Shown piece by piece: positions 59,258 through 64,000 of a stretch of DNA of 64,000 bases. A program made the translations under genes and the position numbers. The notes beneath the pieces are model-generated. The model ran no database searches. It was not told the origin of the DNA and worked only from the letters and a program-made list of their open reading frames with translations. Each line of letters starts with the position of its first letter. Positions within the stretch are counted from its first letter, which is position 1. The stretch lies in contig CAVSOU010000010.1 of assembly GCA_963729625.1 (NCBI GenBank), forward strand, positions 384,001 through 448,000, given 5' to 3'. The DNA comes from an uncultured bacterium (GTDB taxonomy: Bacteria > Chloroflexota > UBA5177 > JANWHV01).

Positions 59258-61213
59258 ATGCCAAACGTGAATCGCTACGCTTGTCGGCTTCGATATATCG
59301 TCGCTGCTACGGCGCCCTTCCGGCGTGCTACCATCGGCCGGTTGATCCTGGCTCTGGGGCTGGCGATGATTGCCGGGCTACCGGGGGCACTTGCCGCGGC
59401 GCACGCGTCCAACGCACTTCTCGCTCCCCCCACGTTTCCGGGGCCCCAGCGTGGGACTGCCGACACCTCCGCGATAACGCCGGCTGATTTTTCCTACCAA
59501 TGCAACACGTCCGCGATAACCGCGCCTGTACATGCCGCCGGAGTGACTGTCTCGGCCGGCCAGGGCTTTCAGTCCATAGGATGCGGCCAAGCGCAGATTG
59601 TGCTGAACGCGCCGGCTTCCGGCCACTTCAAAGCCGCGGTCGCCGTCGCGGACACGGCTCCGGCCGGTAGTATGGGCGGTATTCAATTGCTCGTCCTCGG
59701 CCCGGACGGCCTCAACATTCACAGCGTGTTCGTGCGCGTCGCCAAGGACACGACGAGGCAGGCCGACGTCGACGTTTCGGGTGGCGTTGCGCTCTCGATC
59801 ACATTCCTGCCGCAGATCCCGACCGTCGTGTACCACGTACAATTGACCGGTCTGGCGCGGTCGCTCCGTATCGTGCCCATGAGCGGCACGGGCATGCCGG
59901 CCGGCGCCACGCCGGTGCCCAAGGCCGACATCAGCCTGAATTGCGTTGCCGGGCCGGCAAACGCTCAGAGCACGGTGAGCGGCGTGACCGTGCCGCTCAC
60001 CGGTACCTACCAGGTCCAGGGGTGCGGAAAAATCATCATGCAGGTGCCGGCAGGTGGTGGAGGCACGCTGGCCGTGCGCTACGGCACGGACGAGACGCTC
60101 ACGAACTATACGTCCATCGCCGCCGAGGTTGATCTTCGGGTGCTGGATGCGAGCAACCACCTGCTGCGCAAGGCGATTGGCCTGTCGTCCATTGGTAGCG
60201 GCCTGCAGGCGCTCTGGGTAGACACGCTGGGCGGCAGCACCGCCACGCTGACTATAGATGTGTCTGGTGGCGAGCACGTGGCCGTGACCGGCATCAGCTT
60301 CGTGCCCGGCCACTACGCGCCGCACCCGAACCCGGATCATCAGGAGTTCGGCAGTCCCAACGGCGGAGCGATCGACATCGCGGCCGACGCAATGGTGAAT
60401 GTCTGCAATGCCGGCGTGGGCACTGAGGACGTCACGGTGGCGCATCAAGATGTTCCCCGCGACAGTTATGTCAACATCATTGGCTGCGGCATCACCGAGC
60501 TGATCATGACCAACGCCCACGGCCGCTTCCACGCACGATTCGGCATCAGCGATACGAGCTCGAATACGAACAATCAGGAGACGGTGACGCTCGTCACCCT
60601 CGACCAGAACAGCCATCCGCTGGTGAAGGTCACAGTCAGCGCCAAATTCGGCGGGCCGTCCGCGACGCTGGACGCCAGCATTGACGGCGCCAGCCTTCTG
60701 GAGGTGCAGAGTGTCTCGGGCGGCGGGCAGGGCGAGCTCTTTGACATGACGCTGACAGGGCATGCCACGCTGTACGATCGCGTCTTCCCCCCCAGCGAGC
60801 CGCCGGTCAGCACGACAGGCGGCACGCCCGTCGATCCGCGCGGTTTTGCGCTGGCGTGTGTCGCGGGCGTGTCGACGCAGGACACCTTGCTCATCCACCA
60901 GGCGGCACTCGAGCAATGGTCGCTGGCGCTCGGCGGATGTGGCTCGGCTACGATTGACATCGCGAAGCTGCCCGGTCCGCATCATCTGTTCAGCGTGCTC
61001 TATGGCTTTGCCGTGCTGGATCAGCACTATGGCATAGGGCACCTGCGGCTGTCGGTGCTGGACGCGAAAGGCAAGGTGCAGCGGACAGTTGCCGCCGTCA
61101 CTCGCGCTGGCTATGGACCACGGCGCCTGGCGATCAGCCTGGCCGGCGGCACAAGACTGCAGATTGCGGGCGTGGACACTCCGCTGACCGTCTTTGCGCT
61201 GACCTCCGCCTAG
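59258..61213 (+). CDS. Secreted protein with four tandem NPCBM/NEW2-like beta-sandwich repeats
   Basis: Signal-like segment and four ~140-aa units, each with C...GCG, F.A..G..D, L.VLD and D.D..G..L.I. Confidence 0.7.
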   Translation: MPNVNRYACRLRYIVAATAPFRRATIGRLILALGLAMIAGLPGALAAAHASNALLAPPTFPGPQRGTADTSAITPADFSYQCNTSAITAPVHAAGVTVSAGQGFQSIGCGQAQIVLNAPASGHFKAAVAVADTAPAGSMGGIQLLVLGPDGLNIHSVFVRVAKDTTRQADVDVSGGVALSITFLPQIPTVVYHVQLTGLARSLRIVPMSGTGMPAGATPVPKADISLNCVAGPANAQSTVSGVTVPLTGTYQVQGCGKIIMQVPAGGGGTLAVRYGTDETLTNYTSIAAEVDLRVLDASNHLLRKAIGLSSIGSGLQALWVDTLGGSTATLTIDVSGGEHVAVTGISFVPGHYAPHPNPDHQEFGSPNGGAIDIAADAMVNVCNAGVGTEDVTVAHQDVPRDSYVNIIGCGITELIMTNAHGRFHARFGISDTSSNTNNQETVTLVTLDQNSHPLVKVTVSAKFGGPSATLDASIDGASLLEVQSVSGGGQGELFDMTLTGHATLYDRVFPPSEPPVSTTGGTPVDPRGFALACVAGVSTQDTLLIHQAALEQWSLALGGCGSATIDIAKLPGPHHLFSVLYGFAVLDQHYGIGHLRLSVLDAKGKVQRTVAAVTRAGYGPRRLAISLAGGTRLQIAGVDTPLTVFALTSA

Positions 61214-61393
61214 CCGGCGCATTTCGTTACTGCCTGGCAAACCCATAGTCCTGTACTGCCTGAGAATCAGGCATCCGATTTCCAGTACAATGATCGATGG
61301 CGCGCCGGTCTGTCCCGATGGCCCGGCTTGCGATGGGCGGGCCTTTCACCGCATCGGCGACAGCGCTGCCCCGAATTGCCCGAGAGGCGAGTT

Positions 61394-63157
61394 ATGGACC
61401 TTGAGCGCGGATTGCCAACGATCCTGCCATTACTTAGGCGGTGGTGGTGGCTGATTTGTGTCGCCGTCGTGGTGGCCGGGTCCGCGAGCTATGTCGTCAC
61501 CAAGCATATCAAACCGGTGTACGAGGCCTCTTCGCAGCTGTTCGTCAATACCTCGTCGGCAGCGGCCTTGACAGGCGCATATGGCGATTCCCAATCAGAG
61601 CTGGTACTTGCTTCGGCGGTCGCAGACATGATCAACAGCCATCGCGTGGCGGACCGTGTTCTTGCCACGACCAGGTCCCGCCTGTCCGCGGACGATTTGC
61701 TTGCTGAATTGAATGCAAGCGCATCGTCCAGCACGCCGATGGTGACGGTCAGCGTCAAGGATACCAGCCCGGCGCAAGCTGCACGCCTTGCTGACGCGGC
61801 TGCGTCGGCCATCATCACGCTCTACCAAGCCGACCAAGGCACTCGATACGACAGCCTCAAAGTTACGCTGCAGGCACAGATTGCCACCCTTACGAATCAG
61901 CTCGACGGGGACACGGCCAAGCTGCGTGATCTAGCCGCGCGCAGCTCGGCGAATGCCGCGCTTCTGAGTGAGGTAGCAAGCCTGAACGCCCAGATCGTCA
62001 CGTTGCAGTCAAGCCTTACGTCGCTCAACGTGCAGCTGAACACAATCCTTTTGAGTCAAGCGCAGTCGGACACGACACTCACAGTGGTGGACCACGCCCA
62101 GGTTCCAACAGCACAGGTCAGCCCAAGTATGCGCGTGAATCTTGCCCTGGCGGTGGCGCTCAGCCTGATCCTCACGTGTGGGTTCATTGCGGCTGTCGAA
62201 TACCTCGATGACTCAGTGCGCTCGCCCGCGCTGCTCGAGGAGCAACTCAAACTACCGATGCTCGCCGTTGTGTCCAGGTTCAGGTCGAAGAAGTACACAC
62301 CGCTCCTGGCCGAGCGACCGTGGGACACCAATGCCGAGTCCTTCAAAACGCTTCGGACGAACGTGCAGTTCGTGAACGTGGATCGACCCCCGCGCACGAT
62401 TCTTATCGCCAGCGGAAGCCCCTCGGAGGGAAAGACGACGATTGCCGCGAACTATGCAGTAGCTGTGGCCCAGGCGGGACGGCGCGTCATCCTGGTGGAC
62501 TGTGATCTGCGACGCCCCAGGCAGGACCGCGTGTTCGGCCTTGAGCCCACGCCTGGACTTACCGATCACCTCGCCGACTCGGATCTCGGACTTGACGTAG
62601 CGCGCGACACGAGCGTGGCCAACCTGCGCGTCGTAACATCAGGTCCCGTGCCGCCAAACCCATCAGAGCTGCTGGGCTCGCACCGCATGGCCGAGTTTCT
62701 GGACCTCGCCAGGGGAGACGCGGACCTTGTAGTCCTCGATTCGCCGCCCGCGCTCGTGGTTACCGATGCCTCGGTGCTCGCGCCGCAGGTGGACGGTGTG
62801 TTGCTCGTCGTCGATGAGCAGACCTCAAAGATGCGACCCACCCTTCGCACCATTCAATTGTTCAACCTGGTCGGTGCAAAGGTGCTGGGCGTGGTCTTCA
62901 ACAAGTTCGACGCGCGCCACGGTGGCTATGGTTACGGATACTACCACTACAGCGGCTACTACCGTCGTGGGAAGGGGTCAGACGGCGTCCGCGAGGCAGG
63001 TCAGGACGTGCAAGGCGATACCCCTGCCGGCGTGGCCACGGGAGACTCGGTGCCGCATGTGGGCTACGAAGTGGCGGCTCCGTTTGCTCGCAGCAGCGGC
63101 GAGTTGGAACAGCCGGGTGAGGCAGCGAAGGTATCGGACGGGATACGGCGGCGCTAG
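61394..63157 (+). CDS. Wzc-like polysaccharide co-polymerase / tyrosine autokinase
   Basis: Wzz-type TM, coiled coil, ESFKTLRTN, Walker A EGKTT, DCDLRRP, DSPP and Tyr cluster GYGYGYYHYSGYY. Confidence 0.93.
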   Translation: MDLERGLPTILPLLRRWWWLICVAVVVAGSASYVVTKHIKPVYEASSQLFVNTSSAAALTGAYGDSQSELVLASAVADMINSHRVADRVLATTRSRLSADDLLAELNASASSSTPMVTVSVKDTSPAQAARLADAAASAIITLYQADQGTRYDSLKVTLQAQIATLTNQLDGDTAKLRDLAARSSANAALLSEVASLNAQIVTLQSSLTSLNVQLNTILLSQAQSDTTLTVVDHAQVPTAQVSPSMRVNLALAVALSLILTCGFIAAVEYLDDSVRSPALLEEQLKLPMLAVVSRFRSKKYTPLLAERPWDTNAESFKTLRTNVQFVNVDRPPRTILIASGSPSEGKTTIAANYAVAVAQAGRRVILVDCDLRRPRQDRVFGLEPTPGLTDHLADSDLGLDVARDTSVANLRVVTSGPVPPNPSELLGSHRMAEFLDLARGDADLVVLDSPPALVVTDASVLAPQVDGVLLVVDEQTSKMRPTLRTIQLFNLVGAKVLGVVFNKFDARHGGYGYGYYHYSGYYRRGKGSDGVREAGQDVQGDTPAGVATGDSVPHVGYEVAAPFARSSGELEQPGEAAKVSDGIRRR

Positions 63158-63210
63158 CGCTGTCCTGCGCGACGATGTACGGACCCCACGTGCCAGGCGT
63201 CGTTACGCGG

Positions 63211-63320
63211 CAACCGACGGCTACGGCAATAGCTTTTGCGGCAACACCTGGTTCCGCGTCACCGCCTGCCGCAAACAGGCCGACAACCAACGGCTACGGC
63301 AATAGCTTGCGCGGCAACAC
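63211..63320. repeat. 37-bp imperfect direct repeat (63211-63247, 63284-63320; 34/37 identical)
   Basis: CAACC(G/A)ACGGCTACGGCAATAGCTT(TT/GC)GCGGCAACAC; duplicates the 3' end of the minus-strand gene. Confidence 0.85.
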
Positions 63321-64000
63321 TGCAAAGTGCGGCTTGCCATCCAGGGGCACGGAGAGGTTGGTGCCGTCCACGGCCCTGAATGAGCCGGTTTCGCCCACTG
63401 CCACCAGCACGTAGCCCGGTTCGGTCACCTGAGTGTCGACGGTGGCTGACTGGTCGTTCTCGGTGCTCGCCGAGTAGTCGATAAAGCCATCCGGTAACAA
63501 GGTCGCTCCGATTGGCCACTGAGAGTGGTTGGTAATACCCACGTAGCTCCCGAACGACTGGTAACTACCAGGATCAATGCGATGCCAGCGGCAGCCGGGC
63601 TGTGTCTCACATGGAGGTGGAGTCGGCGTGTGCGTCGGCCTTGGCGTGAGAGTTGGCCGTGGCGTGTGCGTGGGCCTGGCCGTTGGCGTGTTGGTAGGAA
63701 CGCGCGTCTTTGTGAACGTTGGCTTGGGCGTAAATGTGGCAGTTGGCCTTGGTGTGAAGGTAGCTGTGGGCCGGGGAGTGAACGTAGCCGTGGGCCGGGG
63801 AGTGAACGTAGCCGTGGGCCGGGGAGTGAACGTAGCCGTGGGCCTGCGTTCGTGCGTAGCAGTGGGCGTGGGCTCGTGCCTGCGTTCATGCGTGGCAGTA
63901 GGCGTTGGCTCATGGTGAGCAAATGCTTGCAATGGCGACTCACCCTGTACAACCGCGACCACGCCAGAAACGATAAGCGCGGAGGTCAGGATTCCCGCGA
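63294..64000 (-). CDS. Secreted Pro/Thr-rich protein, 5' end outside the window
   Basis: Hydrophobic segment at the window edge, PTATFTPR repeats and a small C-terminal beta domain. Confidence 0.75.
   Translation of the reverse strand, partial: AGILTSALIVSGVVAVVQGESPLQAFAHHEPTPTATHERRHEPTPTATHERRPTATFTPRPTATFTPRPTATFTPRPTATFTPRPTATFTPKPTFTKTRVPTNTPTARPTHTPRPTLTPRPTHTPTPPPCETQPGCRWHRIDPGSYQSFGSYVGITNHSQWPIGATLLPDGFIDYSASTENDQSATVDTQVTEPGYVLVAVGETGSFRAVDGTNLSVPLDGKPHFAVLPRKLLP
63766..63844. repeat. Intragenic 24-bp tandem repeat x3+ (PTATFTPR)
   Basis: GTGGGCCGGGGAGTGAACGTAGCC read directly, with degenerate copies adjacent. Confidence 0.92.

Noticed and set aside
59378-61246. Long antisense or alternate-frame ORFs (also 24103-25308, 17949-19490, 44038-45165, 57262-58311)
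   Set aside because: Shadows of well-supported genes in high-GC DNA, with no motifs.
63211-63320. CRISPR-like geometry (37-bp repeat, 36-bp spacer)
   Set aside because: Only two imperfect copies, one inside a CDS, no typical repeat termini and no cas genes.
23714-64000. Distal att site (repeat of tRNA-His 3' end)
   Set aside because: No convincing copy found by eye. Serine recombinase cores can be very short, and the site may be deleted or outside the window.

Overview
High-GC bacterial window, most consistent with a Chloroflexota genome (inferred from gene content and a GAAC-N4-GTTC-type SOS box). Left third (1-23.7 kb) is mostly housekeeping and envelope genes: ndk, M16 peptidase, LCP, lipA, proline dehydrogenase, two GT4 glycosyltransferases, aroEKB, a giant M23 peptidase and MscS, ending in a tRNA-Arg(UCU)/tRNA-His(GUG) pair. 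A large serine recombinase, whose stop codon lies inside the T-loop of tRNA-His, and a translationally coupled excisionase-like HTH gene open an accessory, fragment-rich region (about 23.7-47 kb). It contains an IS21 remnant, GH116, a small-protein + FIST-like (DUF6976-like) module divergent from a chemoreceptor with no sensor domain, a small secreted peptide with a duplicated AGWGS tail, a membrane GAF-GGDEF-EAL protein, and remnants of a phage-type adenine methyltransferase, an SGNH hydrolase and an Flp pilin. The right part holds a sugar isomerase/ABC transporter/homocysteine-methyltransferase cluster, SulP, a four-repeat secreted protein and a Wzc-like tyrosine kinase. Best leads: (i) FIST-like module plus sensorless MCP, (ii) a probable SOS-controlled Rad52-like protein, (iii) the tRNA-overlapping recombinase with a candidate directionality factor, (iv) the secreted AGWGS peptide, (v) an HPD-less J-domain-like gene missed by the ORF track. 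At least six single-base frameshifts in short homopolymers suggest assembly indel errors, so pseudogene calls need read-level checking. All family assignments come from motif recognition by eye; no searches were run.
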